The notes: generated by a model not told the origin, from the sequence alone. 64,000 bases of DNA from Octopus sinensis (GCF_006345805.1 NC_043000.1:24304001-24368000), one strand, 5' to 3'. Shown: positions 38,475 through 52,254, counted from the first letter of the stretch. Numbers and translations are program-made.

Positions 38475-38831
38475 GCATACATACACACACACACATACAC
38501 AAACATGCACATATATACATAGCGGTGGAATTTGGGGGAGATATGTATGAATATCTGTATGTGTATAATTTTCATGACCTCTGACTCATTTTTGACATCA
38601 AATTCTTTTTATTCCTTGAAACAAAGTACAGTTAATATGAAGTCTAACAAATATGTTCTAAAGAGAATAATGTTCCAATTTCTTCTCAGTGACACAATAA
38701 TGAGGTTTGCTATTGTTTATAGTGGAAGAATACAAATAGCAAAATATACAGAGGATGAAAATATCTCAGAAATTTGGGTCTGGAATTTGAGAGATTCTTT
38801 CTTCTTTCTTTTTTAAAATTTCTTTTTCTCC

Positions 38832-38868
<37 letters not shown>

Positions 38869-39299
38869 CTCTCTCTCTATTTCTTTTTTTGTTCCAGCTC
38901 AAGCTGTAGAGATAAGAAAATCAGTTTTCATTACTTCCCTAAATATTAGCATAAAACAAATAGAGATGCAGGCATAGCTGTGTGGTTAAGGAGTTTGCTT
39001 TGCAGCCACATGACTTCAGGTTCAGTCTCACTGCAGAGAATCTTGAGCAAATGCCTTCTACTTAAGTACCAGGCTGACCAAAGCCTTGTGAATAAATTTG
39101 GTAGACTGAAATGGAAAGAAGTCCATATATATATATTTTTTTTTCTCTCCTTTCTCCTCCCCTTGTTTCTGTGTTCCTTCCTGTGGAAGAGCATAGGCTC
39201 AAAACATTAAAGACTTTTTCAATTCCCGAGCATTATACTAATACATCTGTTTATTTTCTACACCACCTGTCTTTGTATTTTGTTTTTTTCATGAATTCT

Positions 39300-39338
<39 letters not shown>

Positions 39339-39522
39339 CTTCTTTATATATATATATATATAATTTTTTTAAATGAAGCTTTGCTGAAGAGTACAATACC
39401 AACAACAATGTTTTTATCTTAAGACACCAGATGTAGCTAGCATGGGTTGTCTTAAAGAAGGACAATACGTAACTGTGTGCAGGGGTTGGCTGAGATAAAA
39501 AAAAAGATACACATCTACTTAC

Positions 39523-39580
39523 TCAATGTAATAGGTTCCATAGTGGCTATCTTCAACTTTCTCCCAACCAAAGGGTAATT
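39523..39580 (-). CDS. MAGI: MAGI exon, first half of WW2 (58 nt, phase 1 to 2)
   Basis: Acceptor tttctatttcttccag, donor GA|GTAAGT; translates (E)LPFGWEKVEDSHYGTYYI(D). Confidence 0.93.
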
Positions 39581-40059
39581 CTGGAAGAAATAGAAATTAG
39601 AAATTGTACAAATCAAGAGAGACAAGCAGAAAGAGGATGAGGGAAACAGAATGAAAAACAGATAAGAGAAAAGAAACCAAAAAAAAACAGAGCAAAACAG
39701 GAAATAAGCTGTAAAAAATGAAAGTAAAAGGAGGGATTATAGAGAAAAAAAGAAGTTATAATATCCTTTAGTCATTTTTTAAACTACATAGTTTATCATA
39801 AAAGAAATACTTGAGATGCTTATGTGTTGAAGTATAAAATAAAACCAGTGCACGAGTATTATATATTTGGCAATTATTTTGCTTCAGGTAGAGTAAGATA
39901 ATTAAATGTGATCTCTAAATTTGAATAAATTCTGTGATCAGTCAAATCAATTCTCGAAGGCAGCATTGTTCTTGATAAACCGATAGATAAACTGTCATGC
40001 GATGTGGTGGTGTGTATGCTGTACTGTAGTATGATGTGGTATGGTGCAGTGTCATGTGA

Positions 40060-40286
40060 TGTAGTAATGGTCCTATTCAGTGAGACCAGGACTGGAGGTA
40101 GGCCTCATGGATGCCCAAAACTTCGTTTTCATGATCATATCAAGCAGTCTCTCATTTTATGTTGTGTCCCTCCCAATTGGTTGGAGGCTCTGGCAGTTAA
40201 CTGGAAAGGCTTGGAAGTCCGTGTGTAAGAATGGAGTAGAGCGCTTTGAACCCGAATGCAGGAGACTGCATAAAAAACAGGAGTGA
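40060..40286 (+). mobile_element. RTE-clade LINE ORF 3' remnant
   Basis: GRPHGCPKLRFHDHIKQSL...WLEALA, then after a frameshift AWKSVCKNGVERFE; resembles the C-terminus of RTE reverse transcriptase ORFs. Confidence 0.65.
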
Positions 40287-40489
40287 TGTCATCATCAACT
40301 CCTGGTGGCTGTTGTCCCCGAGTTGCTTTCGATGGTTCAAAAAATTCCCAGCAAATGGAGAGCTTATCAGAACTTGTCAACATATATCGCAATAACACAC
40401 ACACACAGATGAGTATCAGTTAGTAAACCAAGTGAATCTGATTTCAGTTTCCATAACAAATATAGAATTGTCTGTAGATTAAGAGAGAT

Positions 40490-40738
40490 TGGTTCAAACT
40501 GCTGGCATCAGTTGTTAGTTGTCGGAGCACTGCATCCTTCAAAACGTCCATGCTTCCTGAGATCGCCAACACTACACCTGATTTTCTCCCCTCCATACAC
40601 ACGCAAGCATCTATCTGACTCATGCACTGTTCACTTCCCAGACATTTGTACATTACTGCATATGCTTTATACACACTTTTGACAAGGTGTGGTGCACCTG
40701 AGCACTGTATACAATAATTTCATTATTATTATTATTAT
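40490..40738 (+). mobile_element. CR1 LINE 3' end with (ATT)n tail
   Basis: Closely matches the reverse complement of 16452-16690 and ends caataatttcattattattatt. Confidence 0.88.
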
Positions 40739-41479
40739 AAATGTAGGCCAGTTTGGTAAAGAGAACTTTACTGTCTACATCTGCTGAAGTGACCACATCT
40801 TTGTAGATATTAGTTTATAAACAGAATGATGCTTACTAAGCAGTGTCTTTAAACAAAGATATTCATCTGAATACACACACACACACATATATATATATAT
40901 AAAGAATAGACTTGCCTTGAAAACATTAAATAAAGTGTCATAAGTTATAAGTATGTCTGTCACTCAGTCGATATTAATCAAAGATGAGTTCCAAACATAA
41001 ATACAACAAAATTTTGATTGACAGTTCTACTACAAAAATTATTAAAAGAAAAGAAAAGCCAAAGTATTCCTATTTGACTACATCAGCTCAGGCATGGCTG
41101 TGTGGGTAAGACATTCACCTAGTAACCACATGGTTGTGGATTCAGTCCCACAGTGCAGCACCTTGGAAAGGTGTCTTCTATTGTAACTTCAGGCTAAGGA
41201 ATGAATTGTGAGAGAATTTGGTAGATGGAAACTATATGTAGAAGCCCATCATAGACGTACAGGTATGTGTGTGTGTGTGTGTGTGTCTATGTTTGTTTCC
41301 TTCTCCCCACTCAACAACAGGTGTTAGTTTGTTTACATCCCCTCGACTGAACATTTCAGTTTCAGAGACCAATAGCATCAGTACCAAACTTAAAACATAA
41401 GTACTAGCGTCGGTTTGTTTGACTAAACTCTCCAAAGCAATGCTCCAGTATGGTCACTGTCCAATGAATGAAACAAGTA

Positions 41480-41860
41480 AAAGACAAAAGATAGGGTCAA
41501 GAGGAAGGGACTGTGTCTAAGTCTTTTGCTGGCACTCAGAGACCTAAGACTTCAATATGGCTGAGGTTCCTCTTGGACAACTGCAAGAAAAAATGGTCAG
41601 GGGAGATATTTCATCAGGTCAACAGATGGGGGTAGAAGGACTGGGTGAAGTAGTTAGCACAGAACCTGTGGGGATGATACAATAAGGTGATGAGAAGATG
41701 AAAGACAATGCAGTGATGAGGAGCTTGAATGAGAGTGAATGAGCCCCAGCCAGTATCAAAAAGAGCAGAGGCCATTATAGTAGTGGTACAAAAAGACAGG
41801 GGGAGGAGACACAGAAAATTTGTGGGATAGAAGTTGGGGTAAAGTAGGGTAAGAGTTATA
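41480..41860 (-). mobile_element. Highly degenerate L2/CR1-group LINE 3' fragment
   Basis: Minus strand reads FLYHYYNGLCS, like the FY(R/K)YY(N/H)G.CS motif; the rest is decayed. Confidence 0.4.
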
Positions 41861-42006
41861 AAATCCTGATTTATGAATTCAAATCTTGAACAAGAATATT
41901 CTTTTAGCTATATTGGGCCATCACCAGCACTTATTTCAGTCTGGTACTTATCTCAGTGATCTGTATCTACTAGATCACAACACACACACACACACACATT
42001 AATATA

Positions 42007-42237
42007 TATTTCTTTACTACCCACAAGGGGCTAAACATAGAGGGGACAAAGAAGGACAGACAAACGGATTAAGTCGATTACATCGACCCAGTGCGTAACT
42101 GGTACTTAATTTATCGACCCCGAAAGGATGAAAGGCAAAGTTGACCTTGGCGGAATTTGAACCCAGAACATAACGGCAGACGAAATACGGCTACGCATTT
42201 TGCCCGGCGTGCTAACGTTTCTGCCAGCTCGCTGCCT
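42007..42237 (-). mobile_element. SINE family A
   Basis: Near-consensus copy; short direct repeat ttaatatat on both flanks. Confidence 0.85.
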
Positions 42238-42384
42238 TAATATATCTATATCTACATACACATACATAAATATATCTATCTCTCTATATACACATACATA
42301 CATAAATATATCTATCTATTTATCTATCTATCTATACACACACACATATATATCTACATACATAAATCTATCTATCTATATATA

Positions 42385-42416
<32 letters not shown>

Positions 42417-42604
42417 CTATCTACATCTACATACATACATAAATATATCTATACACACATATATAGCATAGCCTTCTGCCTGGCCAGCTCCTGTCAAACC
42501 CACAAATGTATAGATTTTCAGACATGTACATGCATGCATACACAGATATACATTTGCACACACACACAATTACACATAAGCACACATATTCATACGCATA
42601 TATA

Positions 42605-42642
<38 letters not shown>

Positions 42643-42819
42643 ATCTACATCTACATACATACATAAATATATCTATACACACATATATAAGCATAGCCTT
42701 CTGCCTGGCCAGCTCCTGTCAAACCCACAAATGTATAGATTTTCAGACATGTACATGCATGCATACACAGATATACATTTGCACACACACACAATTACAC
42801 ATAAGCACACATATTCATA

Positions 42820-42863
<44 letters not shown>

Positions 42864-42870
42864 CATGATA
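42417..42870. repeat. Near-perfect tandem duplication, about 224-bp unit
   Basis: The unique core gcatagccttctgcctggccagctcctgtcaaacccacaaatgtatag occurs twice, each copy bounded by (AT)n. Confidence 0.92.
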
Positions 42871-43290
42871 GATAAATATGTGTGTCACACTATGACATCT
42901 GAATCAGCTAACAAATTGTTAGGAATGTCTGGTAAACAAAACCACAAAATAACATTAACAACCCAGCCATTATGTTTAATTCCCTCCTCTCCACCCCCAC
43001 TCCTCACATTACCCCTTCCCTGTGGACATTGACCTTTAAATGTTCTTAACTAAGCATCCATAGTTGGAGGTGAAAAGGGGAAAAGATCAGAGACATGGCT
43101 CTTCTTTCATGAACGCATCCTATGTCAAAAATATTCTGGTTACGGATTACTGTAGATCCAGGGGCTGTTTGTGGATTTTACCTGGGTGAATGTTCAGTTT
43201 TGTTATTTCTTCTGGCCAGCTGTATTGAAGGAAGTTAAATGAACAAAACAAATGGCACAACCATTCAATAAATGATAAAGTATACATATA

Positions 43291-43885
43291 GGTGCAGGCG
43301 TGGCCGTGTAGAAAAGAAGCTTGCTTCCCAACCACATGGTTCCAGGTTCAGTCCCACTGCGTAGCACCTTGAGCAAGTGTCTTCTACTATAGCCTCGGGC
43401 CAACCAAAGCCTTGTGAGTGGATCTGGTAGATGGAAACTGAAAAGAAGCCCATCATATATATTTATATATACATATATATATCTACATACATTATATGGC
43501 CGTGTGGTAAGAAGCTTGCTAACCAACCACATGGTTCTGGGTTCAGTCCCACTGCGTGGCATCTTGGGCAAGTGTCTTCTGCTATAGTCCCGGGCTGACC
43601 AAAGCCTTGTGAGTGGATTTGGTAGACGGAAACTGAAAGAAGCCTGTCGTATATATGTATATATATATGTGTGTGTGTATGTGTTTGTGTTTGTCCCCCT
43701 AGCATTGCTTAACAACCGATGCTGGTGTGTTTACGTCTCCCGTCACTTAGCAGTTCGGCAAAAGAGACTGATAGAATAAGTACTGGGCTTACAAAGAATA
43801 AGTCCCGGGGTCGATTTTCTCGACTAAAGGCGGTGCTCCAGCATGGCCGCAGTCAAATGACTGAAACAAGTAAAAAGAGTAAAAA
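43291..43885 (+). mobile_element. SINE family B, head-only copy followed by a full copy
   Basis: Two successive heads (about 43291 and 43497); the second continues to the tail. Confidence 0.85.
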
Positions 43886-45200
43886 AAAAAAAAAAGAGTA
43901 TATACGTATATACATACATACATACATTATATATATACATACATTATATATATATATATATATATATCTTTCTTCTGCTCTCCTTCAATTATAGGAACTG
44001 TTTTAGGCATACAAGTTACGAGATGAGGTGACCTATACTTTTGTTGGTACCATGAAAAAGAGCACCAAGTACATTCTAACGGGTGGTTGGCATAAGGGAG
44101 AGTATCCAGTCATAGGAATCTTGCCAAAATATACATTGGAGTATGATGCCATCCTCCAACTCCTCAGATCAAGTCAACTCATCTAACCCATGTCAGCATG
44201 GAAACTAGATGTTAAATGATAATGATTAATGAATGAATGATGAATTTATTAATGGACAATTAAGCATACTTTTGAAGTCTGGCAGTATACAACTGGCACC
44301 AATTCCATACTTACCGAAAAACCAGGATGTAAATTTCTAAATAGTCAATTAACCTTCAACAGCCAAACCCCTCCCAGCAATTTTTCCCTGTATAAGTTTC
44401 AAAATAAGACATGGATCAAGAGGGGAACTTCAACATATTATAAATGCAGCTGAAAAATATTATTAATCATCAGGTAATAATGGTTCCAAATTTTGGCACA
44501 AACCCAGGATCTTCAGAGGAAGGAGCAAGTTGAATACATTGACCTCCATTGCTCAACTGATAGCTTTTTTTATTGACCCAGAAAGGATGAAAGGCAAAAT
44601 TGATCATCATCGTCATTGTTTAATGTCTGCTTTTCATGCTGGCATGGGTTGAACGGTTTGACTGAAGACTGGTGAGCCAGACGGCTGCACCAGGGTCCCG
44701 AGTAGGGAAAAGTTTAGGAACTACTGTTATAGGATATATGTGTGAGGGGCTAGATCTGGCCACTTTGAATATAAAACATATAAAATATTTTGGCTGGATA
44801 TGGATGGTTTAAAGTTTAAACACCAACCTTACTCTATGGAAGGACAGCCATGGCTAGAATATTGATAAAGCATTCCTATACATCAGGTTGGTTACATTTG
44901 AGACACTGGTTTGCTAGGAAGGAGCTGAACAAGTCTTACTGAGAAATAGTATCATACTGTATTGACACTAAATAGGAAAACTGAAGTGGTGGACTGTACA
45001 TATTTGTGTCAGTTCTGGTTATAGAGTGGTACTTATTTTATCGATCTCTGAGACTCCAATGGGATTTGAACCTGGAATGTAGATGCACCATAACTAAAGT
45101 CATTTAGTTTGATATTTTGTACTTTTGTTTTGTTTCTGGTCCAACGTCCTTACCTCAGGAATGTAACAACAGAAAGTCAATTTCCTTGGTTTAATTGAAA

Positions 45201-45583
45201 TCTCTCTCTATATAAACGGCAGTTTGTCTGTGCGTTTTCTGTGTGTCTGTTTTCTCGTACCCTCACTCTGACCACGGCTTTCAACCGATTCTGATGAAAC
45301 TTGACACACACATAGCCCAATGTCATAATTCAAAACTAACGCAGCGAAAATTTTGAAAAGTTCCCTCAGTTCTGAAAAAAATCGATAAATTCGACATGGG
45401 GTCGAGAATCAGAAACCCAAACCACAGACCGTCTAGGGGACGCAACTCCACCTTTTTTAACTCTCAAAAAAATTTACCATCATTTTTTTTCCATTTTTTT
45501 GCTATTTTTTGGCTATAACTCTCTAAAAATGCTTTATAGTTATTTCCCTTACAAACCTGAGCAACGCCGGGCGATACTGCTAG
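45201..45583 (+). mobile_element. Non-autonomous Helitron-like element
   Basis: A|TCTCTCTCTATATAAACGGC ... CCTGAGCAACGCCGGGCGATACTGCTAG|T. Confidence 0.78.
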
Positions 45584-45753
45584 TGTTGATATAAGAAAAT
45601 GATATAAAACAAAAACATACCTTTCTTTAATATAAAACCTGCTTGTGTGTATAAATCTGAGTGTTTGAATATATGTGTGTACATGTATGTGCTCACATAC
45701 ATATGTACATACATTCATGAGGTAGTCTAATTTATACTAGTTACCAACAGAAA

Positions 45754-45756
<3 letters not shown>

Positions 45757-45801
<45 letters not shown>

Positions 45802-46040
45802 TGTGTGTGCATGTGAATAGATAGATAAAAAGATTTATGGATGGGTAGATAGACAGATAGATAAAAGGATAGACAGATGGATAGATAGACAGATAGATAA
45901 AAGGATAGATAAATAGATAGATAGACAGATGGATAGATAAATAGATAGATAGACAGGTGGATATATAGATAAATAGATAGACAGATGGATAGATAGACAA
46001 ATAGATAGATAGAGATGGATAGATAGACAGATAGATAAAT
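45757..46040. repeat. (GT)n plus degenerate (GATA)n microsatellite
   Basis: Direct reading. Confidence 0.9.
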
Positions 46041-47094
46041 GCATGGAAGAATGTTCCTAGTGGAATATTTTGATAATCAAAATCTTAAACATCAATTCCT
46101 TTGCCAAAAAACACCGACTTCATTCACTCTTCACTATTAACTAGCGCAATTCTAGTGCACTTCATTAGAAATATAATATATCGTTCGTTTATTTAGTGAT
46201 TTTCTTACTTTTAAGGTTGATGCAGTGTTATTGGATAGCTTATTTACACAGACACAGAATACCTTATTTACCTCAGAACAATCTGGAGTATAAATACATA
46301 ACATTAAGCACCAGAAGCAGAAGCTTAATACACACACACATAACCACACAACCCAAAGTATTAGTCTATGTTGGCAATTAATTTGCAATATAAAGGTTCG
46401 CTAAGTGGGTGATGTTCAGAGATAAAGAGGTGATGGTGGGGCTGGAGGGGGCGGATGCTAGATTATGGTCAGAGAAATTTCTACCCAGAAACAAACACTT
46501 GACTAAAAATAAATAACCCTATCTTACTACCAATGTATCAGTTTACATTCTTCCAACTCCATGAGTTTACTTTCAATTAACATCAAGAAAAAAAAAATAA
46601 AGAAAAGATAAAAAAAGGAGAGAGAGACAGAGAAAGAGGGGAGATTGGTTCAGAAATATAGCCAAAAAAAAAAGTAGAAAAGAAGTCAGGTTTGAAAAAT
46701 TTATTTGCTAAGAGATTATAGAATAAAAATTTATTAAAAAATTCAAAATATTTTGCTTCTGGCTTGTTATTAATTTTAATTTAAAATTATGATAATTAAA
46801 CATTACTTAGTAACAATTAAATGAGTAGAGAGCCATTATATGTAAGGCCTGTTCAAGTTCACATTTTCTTCCCTTTAGAAAATATAAAATTCACGTTAGT
46901 ATTTCAGAAAGATTACACTATAAAATACACGCGATTCCCCAAATGGTTACAGCTACTACAAGGGAGATAATCATCTAGTTATAATATTTGGTAGGATTAG
47001 AAATTTGAAATTAAAATTAAGGAATTATAAGGAAAAATATGTTTAACTTTTTTTGTTGTTGTTGTTTACTTAATACAAAGTTCTTAAAATTTCT

Positions 47095-47420
47095 AGTGTC
47101 GGTGGCACGTAAAAAGCACCATCCGAATTGTGGCTGAAGCCAGTACCGCCTCAACTGGCTTCCGTGCAGGTGGCATGTAAAATGCACCAATCCGACCGTG
47201 GCTGATGCCAGCCTCGCCTGGCACCAGTGCAGGTGGCACGTAAAAAGCACCCACTACACTCACGGAGTGGTTGGCGTTAGGAAGGGCATCCAGCTGTAGA
47301 AACATTGCCAGATAAGACCGGAGCCTGGTGCAGCCTTCTGGCTTCCCAGATCCCTGGTCGAACCGTCCAACCCATGCTAGCATGGAGAACGGACGTTAAA
47401 CGATGATGATGATGATGATT
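47095..47420 (+). mobile_element. Retroposon family C with three hairpin modules
   Basis: Three ggtggca(c/t)gtaaaa modules, the family C body and a (GAT)n tail. Confidence 0.85.
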
Positions 47421-47742
47421 GATGGTCTAGCACTGTTTCATTGTTTTTTTGGAAACCACCAGCGTGACATTACCTGTGACATATCAACTGAACATTTTAT
47501 GAAGTGAAATATTTTGCTAAAAGTGAAATAGTAATTTTTCCAATTGTTCTGAGAGTTCAATGGGAACAAAGGGATTCAGACATTCACATTTTCTCCAAAA
47601 CAAACAAAAACCATAACCATCACTTGCAAGTAAATAAAACTTGGAAGCATGTACAATGCTTTTGTTAATTGTTTTAGGTACCTCTGTAGTTGCAAACAGA
47701 CATGGACAGCCCCTTGGCTTTCTCTCCTTTGACCTCATAGAA

Positions 47743-47937
47743 CAGGGGTCGCCAAAGTGGTCGATATTGACCCCTGGAGGTTGATGGGACTATTTAAGAG
47801 GTTGATGAACGCACATCTACTTAATTATTATTATTTATTTATTTATTTTCTCGTACATGCCTGGGGGGGGGGGTCAATGGAGGGTGGTCAAGGATTCCAT
47901 GAAGGGGTTGATGGTCTAAAAAGTTTAGGGACCCCTG
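47743..47937. mobile_element. hAT MITE (195 bp)
   Basis: CAGGGGTCGCCAAAGT ... AGTTTAGGGACCCCTG with a perfect 8-bp TSD TCATAGAA (47735-47742, 47938-47945). Confidence 0.88.
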
Positions 47938-49206
47938 TCATAGAATATTCAAGATACGAAAGCTACAGGGAGACAGGGCTGCATAAGGACTCAACTGGTA
48001 CTTATTTTCAGCTGAGTAGACTGGAAAAATGTGAAGAAGTGCTTTGCTCAATGTACTGCCTGGTACAGGAATTGAAACCATGACCATATGATCATGAATC
48101 TAATACTCTAACCACTAGACCACATACATGTCTTCATGTGAGTGAACAAGAAGAGCTTTATCTTTTACTTGTTTCAGTCATTAGACTGTGGCCATGCTAG
48201 AGTACTGACTTGAAGAAGTTTTACTCGAATTAATTGACCCCATTACTCACTTTTAAGCCTGGTACTTATTCTGTCGGTCTCTTTTGCTGAACTGCTATGT
48301 TAAGGGGCATCAACACACTAACACCAGTTGTCAAGGTGCAGTGGGGGACAAACACAGACACACACAGAAATATATATATATATATATGTATATATCCAAT
48401 GGGCTTCTTTTGGTTTCTGTCTACCAAATCCACTCATAAAGCTTTTGTCAACCTGAGGTTACAGTAAAAAAAAACCTTTCCCAAGGACTGAACCCAGAAC
48501 AATGTGATCAGGAAGCAAACTTCTTACCACACAGCCATGATGCTAGATTCTAAACAAGGTTTTCAGACAACTTTCTAGAAACTTTACATCTTACATTGTA
48601 GAACTCACTTAAGTTCACATTGTCGCAATTGAAAGAGAATAATTCAATACACTATAAATATTTCTTGGAATTTAATAATTCTAACAGAGGGTGAAAAATA
48701 GTTTTAAAAATCAATATATGTCATTTATTATTTTGACTCAGTATTTTTACGTTGCAGTTTATTTTTTTAAATTCTAAATAAAAACAAAGGACAAATATCA
48801 ATTTTCACTATTTTTGTTTTTTCTTTTTTTTCTTTTCAATTACAGAGTATGGATGATTAATTAGAAAAGTGTTTATTAAAGTTTCGTTTTCAAAAAAATG
48901 TTTTGATAAAATAACACCTGTCTATATTTCTTTAAAGAACTTCATTATTTATAGGCACAGGTATAACTGTTTGGTAAGAAATCTGCTTCCCAACCACATA
49001 GTTCCAGGTTTAGTCCCACTGCTTGGTACCTTAAACAGGTGTCTTCTGCGATAGCCTCTAGCCAACAAAAGATGTGTGTGTATGTATTTATGTGTACCGT
49101 TATCTTGAGATCATGTGATGGTTGTAAATGAGCATCCCTGTTATACAAGTGAGGTTGTATGTTTCCAGTCTTACATGAAAAACATGTCTGGCAATGGGGA
49201 AATGTA

Positions 49207-49592
49207 GGTGCAGGAGTGGCTGTGTGGTAAGTAGCTTGCTTACCAACCACATAGTTACAGGTTCATTCCCACTGTGTGATACCTTGGGTAAGTGTCTTCT
49301 ACTATAGCCTCGGGCCAACCAAAGCCTTGTGAGTGGATTTGGTAGACGGAAACTGAAAGAAGCCCGTTGTATATATGTATGTGTATATATGCTTGTCTGT
49401 GTGTTTGTACCCCCAACATCGCTTGACAACCGATGCTGGTGCGTTTACGTCCCCATAACTTAGCGGTTTGGTAAAAGAGACCGATAGAATAAGTATTGGG
49501 CTTACAAAGAATAAGTCCTGGGATTGATTTGTTCAACTAAAGGTGGTGCTCTGACATGGCCGCAGTCAAATGAGTGAAACAAGTAAAAGAGT
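49207..49592 (+). mobile_element. SINE family B nested in another repeat
   Basis: Full copy interrupting the ...ctggcaatggggaaat / ggaaacaggtgagggttggcaacagg element, which is seen uninterrupted at about 31880-31990. Confidence 0.75.
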
Positions 49593-50139
49593 GCTCGGAA
49601 ACAGGTGAGGGTTGGCAACAGGAAGAGTATCCAGCCATGGAAAACCTGCCTTAACAGATTCCATTTGACACATGCAAGCATGGAAAAGCAGACACACAAT
49701 GATGAAGATGATGATGACATCAAGGAGACTATTTTAGATGGCAAGGACATAGGATTTACGATACCTCGTTACACTGCCTCTCAATTTAGAAATTCATTTT
49801 GTTTCTCATAGAATTTCAAATTATAATACAATTTGTAAATGAGTATGTGTAATTATAGCAAATTAGCACATTTACTACTTATCACACATGCGAAAAGCTT
49901 ATGGAATACCAGTATTTAGTTTCCATACCCTGCAAGTAACTGAGGTACTGTTCCACAGATACATATGCACACAGAGAAATATGTGAGTGTGAAAGTGTGT
50001 GTGTGTGTGTGTGTGTGTGAGTAGGAAGGAGGAATATCATGTGACAGAACTAAGCATATAATAATCTTGAGATCTCTATAGCAGATGATTTGGATCGAGA
50101 ACATAGTGCGCTGACGCTTTCACTTATATTTCTTATACA

Positions 50140-50167
50140 ACTGATTATGTATGGATGTATGTATGTA

Positions 50168-50210
<43 letters not shown>

Positions 50211-50318
50211 CTGTACAAGTCTATGTGTGTATACACACACATGCACATGTAAGTATGTTTGTAGATTTATGTACATGCATACATATACATTATATACATA
50301 TATATATATAATATATAT

Positions 50319-50349
<31 letters not shown>

Positions 50350-50478
50350 AAGACATATATATATATACATACATTTATATTCATATATATATATATAATA
50401 CATACATTTATATTCATATATATATATTATACATACATTTATATTCATATATATATATTATATATATATATATATTAT

Positions 50479-50560
<82 letters not shown>

Positions 50561-50595
50561 AAGACATATATATATATATATAATATATATATATG
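50140..50595. repeat. Large compound (AT)n/(ATAC)n microsatellite
   Basis: Direct reading; it is the source of several spurious ORFs. Confidence 0.92.
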
Positions 50596-50985
50596 ACCCA
50601 AAAAGTATGTTAGAATGACTATTTTCAAGCTCACTCCAACCCAAGCTGTTTGCCTAGGAACCATAAACCAACAAACTCTGAAATCTCTTTGGTATTAGTT
50701 CAGGAATATCTCCAGATAATGACAAAAGCAGATTAATCTGTGTCTGATAGCACTAAGTGACTACTAAATATGTTAAAAGCTTATTTGTTTCCATTCTCTC
50801 TGTCTAGAGGCCTAAAGTCATGGACTATGCAGCAGCAACAACAACAATAAAGAACAATGTCTAGAAATGGTGCACCAGTAACAGTCCTACAACACTTGTC
50901 TAGAATGGATCAGCCAGAGACTATATAACAACAGCAACAAGTACACAGTTAAGAAGTTCGGTAAACCACAAGCAGTGTGTATATA

Positions 50986-51036
<51 letters not shown>

Positions 51037-52254
51037 ATATGCATATATATGTGTTGTGTGTGTGTATATATATATATATATACACACCCTGTATTGTCGG
51101 CATACTAACTGTGGAAACTAAACAACAACCTTGTCTACATATATGCTAAAGCAGAAACTATGAGCAAAAAAAATGAAACCCAACATGGCTGCTCAACTAG
51201 CTAAAAATAGTAGCCAAGCCTTCCTTAAATTGCATCCTGTCATATTAAAGGGAAGGTACATTGGACAGATGTGTTAGTCTTAAATCTAAACAAAAAAATT
51301 CAGGATGGTCATAGCTGGAATGTCTTTAACCACTAGGTACCTCTATGTAGTTGTGGAAGCACATGGTCAAGTGGTTAGAGCAGCAGACTCTCGATCAAGG
51401 GTGAGGAACCTATATGCCAATGAAACCGGGAAACCAGCCCTTATGAGCCAAGCATGGTGCAGGAAGGAACAAACAGCAACGCCTCTATGTAGTTATTTGA
51501 TCTGCTAGAATTAGCATCCAGATTGCCCTCAAGTCACTGTACCATCATAAAAAATGGACACCTAGATAATGTAGTCTTTGATACATTGCTCTCCCCGAAA
51601 AAAGAAGAGAAGGTCATAGTTTGACTACCTGTGACCATAAGCCTGCTCAATCAGGGTTGACGCAGGGTTAAACAACAACAGATAAAGACTATAAATTAAC
51701 ACCTGTAAAACGTCTTCTCCCTACTATAAATTGGCAAGATAACATTTTAAAAGTCTTCACTGTCCACTCCACATGGGCCAAATATGTGATCCTGGCCTAC
51801 TGGTTCCTGCTATTTCCCTTCACTAACAGTACAAATACTCTTAGGTAAATAATGAACAACATCACATCACATTTCACCTTCTAAGTTTGAAGCTTTTTTT
51901 ATCTTAAATTATCATCATCATCATCATTTAAATGTCCACTTTTCCGTGCTTGCATGGGTCATACAAAATCCATCAAGGTACATTTTCTACGGCCAAATGG
52001 CTTTACTGCCGTCAACCTTCACCTATCTTCATGCAAAGGCTTGGACATATTCCCATGGAAAATTGGAAATGTGTGTGTGTGTGGTGGGGTATTGCTTGTA
52101 ATATCAGTGGCACTCATTTACAGTTATCACAATATCACAGCAAAGAGACACAAAGTACATACACATATATACATATACAATGAGCTTCTTTCAGTTTCTG
52201 TCTACTAAATCCACTCATATGGCTGGTGCTATAGTAACCATTCAGCAATTTATA

